Assembly: GCA_965140705.1 (NCBI GenBank)
Contig: OZ223300.1
Location: 128,001 to 192,000 of the forward strand
Direction: 5' to 3'
Length of the DNA stretch: 64,000 nucleotides
Origin: an uncultured Arcobacter sp.
Lineage (GTDB): Bacteria; Campylobacterota; Campylobacteria; Campylobacterales; Arcobacteraceae
A program made the translations under genes and the position numbers. Positions 9,477 to 18,522 of this stretch are shown here, piece by piece. Below the pieces are notes generated by a model. It made no database searches. It had not been told where the DNA came from and was given only the letters and a program-made list of their open reading frames with translations. How positions within the stretch are numbered: position 1 is the stretch's first letter; every line of letters begins with the position of its first letter.

Positions 9477-12173
9477 ATGTTCAAAATACTTATAAGTATT
9501 TATTTGATAATTTTTTTTACAACAAATATTTTTGCATCAACCACAGATAATAATATCTCTTTAACATCTAAAGAAAAAGAGTGGGTAAAAAACAATCCTA
9601 TTATCTCAGTTGGTACTTCTTCTAATTTTCCTCCTTTTACTTATCTTGAAAATGGTACTCGAAAAGGTTTCACAATTGATATTCTTAAAAGAATTGAAAA
9701 ATTAACTGGCTTAACTTTTGACATAAAAGCAAAATCTTGGTCTGAATCATTAAGTGATTTTAAAAATGGCAAATTAGATATTTTAAGTGATATGTCTTAT
9801 AGTAAAGAAAGGGAAAATTTTACCTATTTTACAAAGGAATATTATGAAATACCTAATTTTATTTTTGGATTAAAAAATGATGAAAAATATAAAGACAATG
9901 ATAGTTTAAAAGGTAAAACCTTAGCTATTACAAAAGGAATTTTTTATATTAATGATATAAAAAATGAAGGAATAAATATATTTGAAGTTACTTCTACTTT
10001 AGATAAAACTAAAGCTGTATTAGATGGGAAAGCAGATTATTTTGTTTCTTCATATACAAAAGGATTAGAAATAATTGAGAAGAATTCTTTGACAAATTTT
10101 AAAATAATAGATGAATTTAAGAGAATTAAAAAAGAGGATTTAAGGTTTGGAATTACTAAACATAAACCTATTTTATACTCTATAATAAATAAAGCTTTAA
10201 ATGGAATATCTACTCAAGAGTTAAATTCAATAGCTAATAAATGGATTTTATTTTCTAAAGATAGCTCAAGATATAAGAGTATTAAATTTACAAATGAAGA
10301 GAATCTTTATATTAAAAGTAATCCTATTATTAAATATAGTGAAATAGATTGGATGCCTTTATCTATTATTGAAAATGGTGAAATGCACGGAATCTTAGGT
10401 GATTTTCTAAAGATTATAAGTATAAGATCAGGGCTTCATTTCCAATTTGTTCCTTCAAAGTCTTGGAAAGATGTTTTAGATAAATTCGAGAAAGAAAAAA
10501 TAGATTTAATTCCAGCTGTTACTTCAAATAAAGGAAAAGACTCATTAGGTCTGGTCTCTAAAATGTACTCAAAGTTTCCAATGGTAATAATAACTGGTTC
10601 AAAGTATTCTTACGTAAATAATTTAAATGACTTAAAAAATAAAGTAATTGCTGTACCTAAATATTATACCAGTTATAATTTTATTAAAAAAAATTATCCT
10701 AATATCAAGATATTAGAGACTTCAAATATTCAAGAAGCTTTGATTTTAGTAGAAAAAGGGAAGGCAGACGCTTTTGTCGGGCATATTGCAACTTCAATAT
10801 TTTATATTTCATTACTTCATTTGAATGATTTAAAAATCTCTGGAAGTACACTTTTCGATTTTGAACATCACTATTTAGTACAAAAGAATAATCCAATCTT
10901 ATTATCAATAATTAATAAAACAATAGATTCAATTACTCAAAAAGAGAAAAAAGATATTTATTCAAATTGGATTCAAACTACTGTTAAAGAAAAAGCTGTT
11001 GACTATAAAATTTTAATAATCATTTTATTAATAACTTTATTGATAATAATAGGATTTTTATATAGACAATATTTTTTAAAAAAATATAACAACAAACTAG
11101 AAAATTCTTATCGTAATATTCAAAGTATTATAAATTCTACTTTAGAGGCAATTATTCTTACAGAAAATAGAGTATGTATAGATGCAAATGATTCTGCTTT
11201 AAAACTTTTTAACTTAAGTAAAAAAGAGATTATTGGGTTAGATTATTTGGAGTTTGTACCTGATGAAGATAAACAAAAAGTTAAAGAGAGTTTTTTAAGT
11301 GATACTTCTGAACCTTTTGAGGTAAATATTTTAACATCAGATAAAAAAGTTATTCCTACTTTAGGAAGAGGAACAAATTTAAAATTGGATAATAAGATTA
11401 TTAGAATCTCTTCTATTATTGATTTATCAGAGGTTAAAGATAAAGAGAAACTTTTGATTGAGCAATCTAAAATGGCAGCCCTTGGTGAGATGATAGGACA
11501 TATTGCACATCAATGGAGGCAACCATTAAGTATAATTACAACAATTAGTAGTAGTTGGAGTATTTATGATCAAATAGGAAAATTCAACAAAGAAAAAGTT
11601 TTGGAAGATTCTAAACAGATAGTTTTAAATGCTAATTATCTTTCTCAAACAATTGATGATTTTAGATCTTTTATTAAAGGTGGGGAAGATACAAAAGAGT
11701 TTAATATAAAAGAGTTGATTGAAAATCTAAATAGACTTATCTCTCCCTCTTTACAAAGTGCCCAAGTAAAATATCTATTTGATAATGTTTTGGACAAAAA
11801 TGTAAAAGGAAATCAAAATGAGGTGCTTCAAGTTTTGATAAATATAATTAACAATGCAATTGATGCTTTAAAAGAAAATAAAAAAGATGGAGATAGATTG
11901 CTCTTTGTAAAAGTTACACAAGATAAAGATACTATTTGTGTAAGTATAAAAGATAATGCCAATGGAATACCTATGAAGATAATGAATAAAATATATGAAC
12001 CATATTTTACTACAAAACATGAATCCAATGGAACAGGGCTTGGTTTATATATGGCTTATTCAATTGTTAAAAAAATAGGAGGGGAAATAAGTGTTTCAAA
12101 TGTAGAATATGAATATGAAAGTAAAAAATGCAAAGGGGCAAATTTTTTAGTTTCTTTAAAGTGTGTTGGGTAA
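9477..12173 (+). CDS. Sensor histidine kinase (two periplasmic binding domains, PAS, HisKA/HATPase)
   Basis: IAHQWRQPL H-box, NNAIDA, PYFTTK, GTGLGL; no adjacent response regulator. Confidence 0.9.
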   Translation: MFKILISIYLIIFFTTNIFASTTDNNISLTSKEKEWVKNNPIISVGTSSNFPPFTYLENGTRKGFTIDILKRIEKLTGLTFDIKAKSWSESLSDFKNGKLDILSDMSYSKERENFTYFTKEYYEIPNFIFGLKNDEKYKDNDSLKGKTLAITKGIFYINDIKNEGINIFEVTSTLDKTKAVLDGKADYFVSSYTKGLEIIEKNSLTNFKIIDEFKRIKKEDLRFGITKHKPILYSIINKALNGISTQELNSIANKWILFSKDSSRYKSIKFTNEENLYIKSNPIIKYSEIDWMPLSIIENGEMHGILGDFLKIISIRSGLHFQFVPSKSWKDVLDKFEKEKIDLIPAVTSNKGKDSLGLVSKMYSKFPMVIITGSKYSYVNNLNDLKNKVIAVPKYYTSYNFIKKNYPNIKILETSNIQEALILVEKGKADAFVGHIATSIFYISLLHLNDLKISGSTLFDFEHHYLVQKNNPILLSIINKTIDSITQKEKKDIYSNWIQTTVKEKAVDYKILIIILLITLLIIIGFLYRQYFLKKYNNKLENSYRNIQSIINSTLEAIILTENRVCIDANDSALKLFNLSKKEIIGLDYLEFVPDEDKQKVKESFLSDTSEPFEVNILTSDKKVIPTLGRGTNLKLDNKIIRISSIIDLSEVKDKEKLLIEQSKMAALGEMIGHIAHQWRQPLSIITTISSSWSIYDQIGKFNKEKVLEDSKQIVLNANYLSQTIDDFRSFIKGGEDTKEFNIKELIENLNRLISPSLQSAQVKYLFDNVLDKNVKGNQNEVLQVLINIINNAIDALKENKKDGDRLLFVKVTQDKDTICVSIKDNANGIPMKIMNKIYEPYFTTKHESNGTGLGLYMAYSIVKKIGGEISVSNVEYEYESKKCKGANFLVSLKCVG

Positions 12174-12198
12174 AACAAAGACCTAAAGTCTTTGTTTT
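12172..12198. terminator. Bidirectional intrinsic terminator
   Basis: AAAACAAAGAC-CTAAA-GTCTTTGTTTT between convergent genes. Confidence 0.75.
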
Positions 12199-12202
12199 AG
12201 AT

Positions 12203-12586
12203 TTAAAATTGTCCTACATTTGCATAAGATTCTCTATCTTCCATTGGAATGTCAGCAATAAACTTTTGCTCTTTTACACTTGGTAACATAAGACCTTTAG
12301 TTTTATGTTCTCTAATTTTATAAGTACCTTCGTCATTACCCATTGCATAATATTCAGAGAACTCTGCAGTATAAGGCATATCCCATACAATTGCACCTTC
12401 AGTTGGACAGGCTTCTGCACATCTTGGTTTATCTGCATGATCAACACACTCAACACATGATTCTGGTTTTACATAAAAAACATCTGTAGGATTTTTATCA
12501 TGACCATCTTCTAAAATCGCTGCAACTGGACACTCTGGAGCACATGCTTCACAACTTATACACTCTTCTGTAATTCTAACTGCCAT
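12203..12586 (-). CDS. fdxN: nif-type 2[4Fe-4S] ferredoxin with C-terminal extension
   Basis: CISCEACAPECP and CVECxxxxxxxxCAEACP; preceded by a sigma54 site. Confidence 0.8.
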   Translation of the reverse strand: MAVRITEECISCEACAPECPVAAILEDGHDKNPTDVFYVKPESCVECVDHADKPRCAEACPTEGAIVWDMPYTAEFSEYYAMGNDEGTYKIREHKTKGLMLPSVKEQKFIADIPMEDRESYANVGQF

Positions 12587-12620
12587 TGTCTTTCCTTATA
12601 TAAAAATATAAAAAAGACAA

Positions 12621-12636
12621 TGCAAATAGTGTTCCA
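12621..12636 (-). promoter_or_regulatory. sigma54 -24/-12 promoter (fdxN)
   Basis: TGGAACACTATTTGCA. Confidence 0.85.
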
Positions 12637-12644
12637 TTATTAAG

Positions 12645-13109
12645 CTATTTATCTAAGTGGTAATACCAAGCGTTTAAATTACTTCGTTTAAATTTTTTAT
12701 TTGTGTAAAATTCTTTGGCTGTTGTATTGTCTTCATCACAAACTAATTGTAGTCTTGTTAATGAGTGCTTTTTGGCATAATCTTTGATGTACTCAAGAAG
12801 ATAAGTTCCAACACCTAAATCTCTGTAATCATCTTTGATGATGAAGTCTTCTATTAGTCCAACTTTTGTTCCCATAACAGTTGAAATAATTTTCTGAATA
12901 GTAATCATTCCTATAACTTCATTTTCAAATTTTACAAGGATAACTTCGGAACTTCTATTATTTATTAGTAGAATTATCCCTTCTTCATGTTTTTTTTCAT
13001 TGAAAGCAAAATCTTGTTCAATAGTAAACAAAGATTGAAGAAGGTTAATTAGGTCTGGAAGGTCGTCATTTGTTGCTTTACATATTTGTAAATTATTTTT
13101 TAATATCAT
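12645..13109 (-). CDS. GNAT family acetyltransferase
   Basis: YRDLGVGTYLL acetyl-CoA motif; AKEFY. Confidence 0.85.
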   Translation of the reverse strand: MILKNNLQICKATNDDLPDLINLLQSLFTIEQDFAFNEKKHEEGIILLINNRSSEVILVKFENEVIGMITIQKIISTVMGTKVGLIEDFIIKDDYRDLGVGTYLLEYIKDYAKKHSLTRLQLVCDEDNTTAKEFYTNKKFKRSNLNAWYYHLDK

Positions 13110-14340
13110 TATAGTTTATCTCCTTAGAGACCTTCTTTTCCGTACCTTTCACATATATTAAATCTACATCTTTTTCATTACATATATACTCTTGTGTAAT
13201 TACGCACGAACCCAAGTTCTCTTCTGATGGTATTGTATATTGTAATGGTAGCATAAGTTTTTCTATTATACCCCTTAATCCTCTAGCTCCTACGTCTTTT
13301 TCATAAGCGATATTTGCAATTTCATCTAGGGCTTTATCATCAAATTTTAAATCAACCCCATCAAGCTCAAAAAGTATTTCATACTGTTTTGTAATAGCAT
13401 TTTTAGGTTCTTTTAGAACTCTTATTAAATCCTCTTTTGAGAGTTTATTAAGTTCTGCAATTACTGGAATTCTACCAATAAATTCAGGAATTAATCCAAA
13501 AGAGATAAGCTCTTTTGCTTCGATATCTTTTTTATCTTTTTGTTTATTATCTTTGTTTAAAAATCCCATTACTGTAGATTTTTCTTTGTTTTCATCTTTT
13601 CTTAATCCAACAAAAGCACCACCACAGATAAATAAAACATGGGTAGTATCAAATAAAATAGTCTCAGCAGATGAGTTTTTTCTACTTCCTTTTACAGGAA
13701 CATAAACTTCAGCACCCTCTAATATTTTTAATAAACCTTGTTGAACACCCTCCCCACTTACATCTCTTCCACTTGTGGCACTTTCACTTTTATTGGCTAT
13801 TTTGTCTATTTCATCTATATAAACAATACCTCTTTTTGCTTTTTCCAAATCAAAATCAGCAGCTGCTAAAAGTCTTGAAAGTATAGACTCAACATCTTCA
13901 CCCACATATCCAGCTTCAGTTAAAGCTGTTGCATCTGCAACTGCAAAGGGTACATCCATGATTTTAGCAAGTGATTTTGCAAGAAGAGTTTTACCACTTC
14001 CTGTTGGACCTATTAGCATGATATTTGATTTTTCAAGTTCTACATTTTTGATAATTGGTTTATCGATTCTTTTGTAGTGGTTATAAAGGGCAACTGCTAA
14101 AACCTTTTTAGCATCATCTTGACCTATTACATAATCATCAAGATGTTCTTTTATTTTAATAGGAACACTAAGACCTTTTTGGAACTCTTTTTTTGCTTCT
14201 TTTATAGTCTCTTTTTCCATAACATTTGAACACATAGAGATACATTCATCACAAATATTTGCACTTTCACTTGAAAATATTTTTTTAACTTCTTTTATCT
14301 CTTTCCCACAAAAATCACATGATTTTAATTTATTAGGCAT
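13093..14340 (-). CDS. clpX: ATP-dependent Clp protease ATPase (nif-associated copy)
   Basis: C4 zinc finger, GPTGSGKT, TEAGYVGEDVE, RDVSGEGVQQ. Confidence 0.92.
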   Translation of the reverse strand: MPNKLKSCDFCGKEIKEVKKIFSSESANICDECISMCSNVMEKETIKEAKKEFQKGLSVPIKIKEHLDDYVIGQDDAKKVLAVALYNHYKRIDKPIIKNVELEKSNIMLIGPTGSGKTLLAKSLAKIMDVPFAVADATALTEAGYVGEDVESILSRLLAAADFDLEKAKRGIVYIDEIDKIANKSESATSGRDVSGEGVQQGLLKILEGAEVYVPVKGSRKNSSAETILFDTTHVLFICGGAFVGLRKDENKEKSTVMGFLNKDNKQKDKKDIEAKELISFGLIPEFIGRIPVIAELNKLSKEDLIRVLKEPKNAITKQYEILFELDGVDLKFDDKALDEIANIAYEKDVGARGLRGIIEKLMLPLQYTIPSEENLGSCVITQEYICNEKDVDLIYVKGTEKKVSKEINYNDIKK

Positions 14341-15157
14341 AGTTATTTATAAACTCATTTAAACTCAAATTTAAATTTTCTAAATTATGAGTTTTGATAA
14401 ATTTATCCTCTTTTTTTGTTAGTTCAGGTTTATTAAATATAGCAAACCCACCTTTTAAATCCATTGTTATTTCATTTGCAACCATTCTAAAAGTATCTTT
14501 TGAAAAATCAACACCCATAAAAAGATACTCTTTGTCTTTTCTAAAATCTTTTAAAATAGGAGGCATAGCAAATCCACCCATAGCTTCTGTTAACCAATCT
14601 ACAAAATCAGCATCAGAGATGATAAAATTCATCTCAGGTTTTGTTGAGCCCATAGGTTTAAATAAAATTGGCAAATCTAAAGTTAAAGCCTCTTTTTCTA
14701 CTTTTTCATAGGCATTTCTACTAAGATCAAATCTATAAATAATAAATCTATCATAATCAGCAGTTATTCTAGAAACTCCAGTTATTAAGAAGTGATTTTC
14801 ATCACTATAAATCTTTTGTAAGCTATCATCTAGATTTGTATCAATTACATATTTAGGTTTGATTTGTTTTAGCCAAGTATAAACTTTAGGTAAATCATAC
14901 TCTTTAGAACTATAGATATGGTTTGTCATTTGAATAATAAACTCTCTACCTTTTCTTTGCTCTAAACTCATAGCGGCTCTTGAGTATTCATACATAAGTC
15001 TTGGGCTCATAGCTCTTCCATTATTTAGGGCTAAAATCATCGAATCACTATCAAATGGAAGTTTTGTTCCATCTTTTGCAATACTATCTTCGAATATACC
15101 CATTCCTAAAAATGGGACGAGAGTACCATTTTTTAATTTTTCTACTATATTTTCCAT
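14333..15157 (-). CDS. SIR2-like domain protein (nif-associated type)
   Basis: LVPFLGMG, IDTNLD, LFKPMGS, LFMG. Confidence 0.7.
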   Translation of the reverse strand: MENIVEKLKNGTLVPFLGMGIFEDSIAKDGTKLPFDSDSMILALNNGRAMSPRLMYEYSRAAMSLEQRKGREFIIQMTNHIYSSKEYDLPKVYTWLKQIKPKYVIDTNLDDSLQKIYSDENHFLITGVSRITADYDRFIIYRFDLSRNAYEKVEKEALTLDLPILFKPMGSTKPEMNFIISDADFVDWLTEAMGGFAMPPILKDFRKDKEYLFMGVDFSKDTFRMVANEITMDLKGGFAIFNKPELTKKEDKFIKTHNLENLNLSLNEFINNYA

Positions 15158-15191
15158 TAAATATCCTATAGTAATATTTAATTAACTACTA

Positions 15192-15207
15192 TGCAAAAAC
15201 CGTTCCT
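15192..15207 (-). promoter_or_regulatory. sigma54 promoter (SIR2-like-clpX-GNAT operon)
   Basis: AGGAACGGTTTTTGCA. Confidence 0.8.
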
Positions 15208-15230
15208 TAATATTATGTTTTAAATTAACT

Positions 15231-15267
15231 ATTTTGCCACATTTTCGCCACAGCATTAATTTATAAT
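15231..15267 (+). promoter_or_regulatory. Direct-repeat regulator box plus sigma70 -10 for the reductase operon
   Basis: ATTTTGCCAC-ATTTTCGCCAC-N10-TATAAT. Confidence 0.6.
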
Positions 15268-15345
15268 TTTATTAATTTATTAAACTAATAAATTGATTTA
15301 TTAATTTTTAAGTTATTAAATTAATTTTAAATCTAGGAGAATAAA

Positions 15346-17883
15346 ATGAAAAATGGAATGAATAGACGTACATTTTTAAAATCAAGTACAGTTGCTGCAG
15401 CTGCAGTTGTTCAAGCTCAGGCAATACCTCTAGTTGGTGAAAGTTTATTTAATGATAAACCTTTAGAGATGAGTGCTTCTCACTTTGGTGCATTTAGAGC
15501 AAGAGTAAGAAACTCTAGATTTGAAGGTGTGGAAGCATTTAAAGGTGATGAATATCCATCATCTTTAATAAACGCACTTCCAGCAAGAACATATGCAGAA
15601 GATAGAATTCTTTACCCGTGTGTTAGAGAAGATTATCTTAAAAATGGATATAAAAGCGATAAATCAAAAAGAGGTAAAGATAAATTTGTTCGTGTTTCAT
15701 GGGAAAAAGCTTTAGAGTTAGTTGCTAACGAAATTAAAAGAACACATAAAGATTATGGTGATGAAGCCATTTATGGAGGAAGTTATGGTTGGTATTGTGT
15801 AGGATCATTAAATAATCCTCAAGCACTTTTAGGAAGAATGCTTCACTTAACAGGTGGATACACTTCAAGAACTTGTACATATTCAACACATGCTATTAGA
15901 CAAATTACTCCTTATATTACAGGTACTGATGAATCAACAGCTAAACCAACGGCGTATCCAGTATTAATTGAAAACTCTGAATGTATTGTATTTTGGGGTG
16001 CTGATATTGTAAATACAAATCAAATCGCATGGGGTGTTCCAGATCATAAAACATATACTTATTTAAAAGAGTTAAAAGCACAAGCTAAAAAAAGAGGATT
16101 GAAATTTTATATAATTGACCCTGTTTATAATAATACTGGTATGTATTTTGATGCAGAGCATATTAAAATTAATCCTACAACTGATGTCGCTTTGATGCTT
16201 GGAATAGCTCATTATCTTTATACTAATAAATTACATGATGCAAAATTTTTAAGAAAATGTACTTATGGATTTAAACAATTTTCACAATATTTAATTGGTA
16301 AAACTGAAGATAAAATTGAAAAAACTCCAGAATGGGCATCTAAAATTTGTGGTGTTGATGCTGAAGTAATTAAAATGTTAGCAAAAGAATTTGCTTCAAA
16401 AAGAACAATGTTAATGGGAGGATGGTCTACACAAAGAGCTGATCATGGGGAACAACCAAACTGGATGTTAATTACACTTGCAAGTATGTTAGGACAAATT
16501 GGACTTCCTGGTGGAGGTTATGGATGTAGTTACCACTATTCAGGTGGAGGGGTTCCAATGCCTGCAGCTGCAACGGGGAATGCACAAAGTGAAAAATCAC
16601 TCAATGGATCAACGGGGTTAAAAGCAGAAAAAGGTGCATTATCTGCATCTCCAGGACTTGGTGGTATAGGTAGAAAAACAAAAATTGATGGACCATGGAG
16701 AGATAATAAAGTTCCTGTGATTCCAGTATCACGAATTGTTGAGTGTTTAGAAAACCCAGGAAAAGAGATTAAGTTTGATGGTAACATCATTAAATATCCA
16801 GACATCAGAATGGCATATTGGGCTGGAGGAAATCCGTTCCACCATCACCAAGATAGAAATAGAATGATTAAAGCATATAGAAAATTAGAAACATTTGTTG
16901 TACAAGATGCTTTCTGGACTGCAACTGCTAGAATGGGAGATATTATTCTTCCTTCAACACTAGAGCAAGAAAGAAATGATATTACAAAATCTCATTCAAA
17001 TAGTTTTATTTTTGCTATGAAACAAGTATCTAAACCATATGGAGATGTGAAAGATGATTTTGATATTTTTACTGGAATATTAGAACATTTCTCTAAAGAA
17101 CATGTTTATGCTTTCACAGAAGGTAGGGATAAAATGGGATGGATTAAACACTTCTATGAAGTTTCTTATAAAAAAGCACAAAATTCTGGAGTAAAAATGC
17201 CTACTTTTGATGAATTTTGGAAAAAAGGATTTTGTGAATTTAAAACTCCAGAAATCGCAAAAAAATACATAAGATTTGAAGAGTTTAGAAAAAATCCAAT
17301 TATTAATAGACTTGGAACTCCATCTGGGAAAATTGAAATTTTTTCAAAAAAAGTGGCAAGTTATGGTTATGATGATTGTAAAGGACATCCTATGTGGTTT
17401 GAACCAATGGAATGGGTAGGTTCTAAAAAAGCTGAAAAATATCCATTGAATTTAATTACACCACATCCTAAATATAGACTTCACTCTCAATTAAATAATA
17501 CTTGGATTAGACATCTTGAAGAGGTAAATGGAAGAGAACCTATTTGGCTAAATACTGATGATGCAAAAAAACGTGGTATAAAAAATGGTGATGTTGTAAA
17601 AGTATTTAATGGACGAGGACAAATTTTAGGAGGTGCAGTAGTAACTGAATTTGTAAAAAAAGGTGCAGTACGAATGCAAGAGGGAGCTTGGTATGATCCA
17701 ACTGAAGCTGGAGAACCTGGTACTTTATGTAGACATGGTGATGTTAATGTATTAACTCCCGATAAAGGAACTTCAAGTCTTGCTCAAGGAAATCAAGCAA
17801 CTGCACTTGTTGAAATTGAAAAATTTGATGGAGAGGTTCCTGCTATTGGAATATTTAAAGCTCCAGAAATTAAAGGAGCTTAG
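15346..17883 (+). CDS. Periplasmic Mo-bisMGD S/N-oxide reductase (TorA/TorZ/DorA/BisC family)
   Basis: Tat signal RRTFLK; SHFG, FVRVSW, GGSYGW, YWAGGNPFHHHQD, HPKYRLHSQ. Confidence 0.9.
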   Translation: MKNGMNRRTFLKSSTVAAAAVVQAQAIPLVGESLFNDKPLEMSASHFGAFRARVRNSRFEGVEAFKGDEYPSSLINALPARTYAEDRILYPCVREDYLKNGYKSDKSKRGKDKFVRVSWEKALELVANEIKRTHKDYGDEAIYGGSYGWYCVGSLNNPQALLGRMLHLTGGYTSRTCTYSTHAIRQITPYITGTDESTAKPTAYPVLIENSECIVFWGADIVNTNQIAWGVPDHKTYTYLKELKAQAKKRGLKFYIIDPVYNNTGMYFDAEHIKINPTTDVALMLGIAHYLYTNKLHDAKFLRKCTYGFKQFSQYLIGKTEDKIEKTPEWASKICGVDAEVIKMLAKEFASKRTMLMGGWSTQRADHGEQPNWMLITLASMLGQIGLPGGGYGCSYHYSGGGVPMPAAATGNAQSEKSLNGSTGLKAEKGALSASPGLGGIGRKTKIDGPWRDNKVPVIPVSRIVECLENPGKEIKFDGNIIKYPDIRMAYWAGGNPFHHHQDRNRMIKAYRKLETFVVQDAFWTATARMGDIILPSTLEQERNDITKSHSNSFIFAMKQVSKPYGDVKDDFDIFTGILEHFSKEHVYAFTEGRDKMGWIKHFYEVSYKKAQNSGVKMPTFDEFWKKGFCEFKTPEIAKKYIRFEEFRKNPIINRLGTPSGKIEIFSKKVASYGYDDCKGHPMWFEPMEWVGSKKAEKYPLNLITPHPKYRLHSQLNNTWIRHLEEVNGREPIWLNTDDAKKRGIKNGDVVKVFNGRGQILGGAVVTEFVKKGAVRMQEGAWYDPTEAGEPGTLCRHGDVNVLTPDKGTSSLAQGNQATALVEIEKFDGEVPAIGIFKAPEIKGA

Positions 17884-18447
17884 ATGACATTTTTAAGAAA
17901 AATATTATTGGTTTTAGTATCAGTTGTTACACTTAGTGTAGCTGCTGATACGGCATATTTATCTCAAAACACAAAATTGTATAAAGATGTAAATAAAAAA
18001 GAGGTCCTTGGTGATTTAATTGTGGCTTCACAAGTAAAAGTTCTTAAAAAAGGAGCTAAATTAACAAAAGTAGAATTTATTGGTTATGCTCCTGAAGATA
18101 GTCCAACTGTTTATGAAAAGGCAGGTTTCTTAATCACTGGCTTTGAAGGTAAAGATTTTGCTGATTATAAAATTATTGGAAAAAAAGTTGATGAGTATGA
18201 TAATGAGTGGTTTGAAGTTTTAATAAAAGGATATATTAAAAGTGACTCTTTAACAAATGACAAAACTAAAATTATAGCAGAAGGTAAAAATATGTTTGAA
18301 GCAAAATGTGGTGCATGTCATGATATTCATCATAAAGAGGAATTTACCCCAAATGTATGGCCAAGTATTTTAAATAACATGGCACCTCAAGCTGGGCTTA
18401 CCAAAGATGAAAGAATGAAAATAGAAAAATATCTTCAAGAACAATAA
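17884..18447 (+). CDS. Monoheme c-type cytochrome, partner of the reductase
   Basis: Signal peptide; CGACH; WPSILNNM resembles TorC C-terminal domain. Confidence 0.85.
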   Translation: MTFLRKILLVLVSVVTLSVAADTAYLSQNTKLYKDVNKKEVLGDLIVASQVKVLKKGAKLTKVEFIGYAPEDSPTVYEKAGFLITGFEGKDFADYKIIGKKVDEYDNEWFEVLIKGYIKSDSLTNDKTKIIAEGKNMFEAKCGACHDIHHKEEFTPNVWPSILNNMAPQAGLTKDERMKIEKYLQEQ

Positions 18448-18522
18448 ATTTATGGTTTCTTCTATTTGAAGAAACCTATTCGATATGGTAAAATAGAGAT
18501 TTATTTTATAAAAAAGGCTTAT

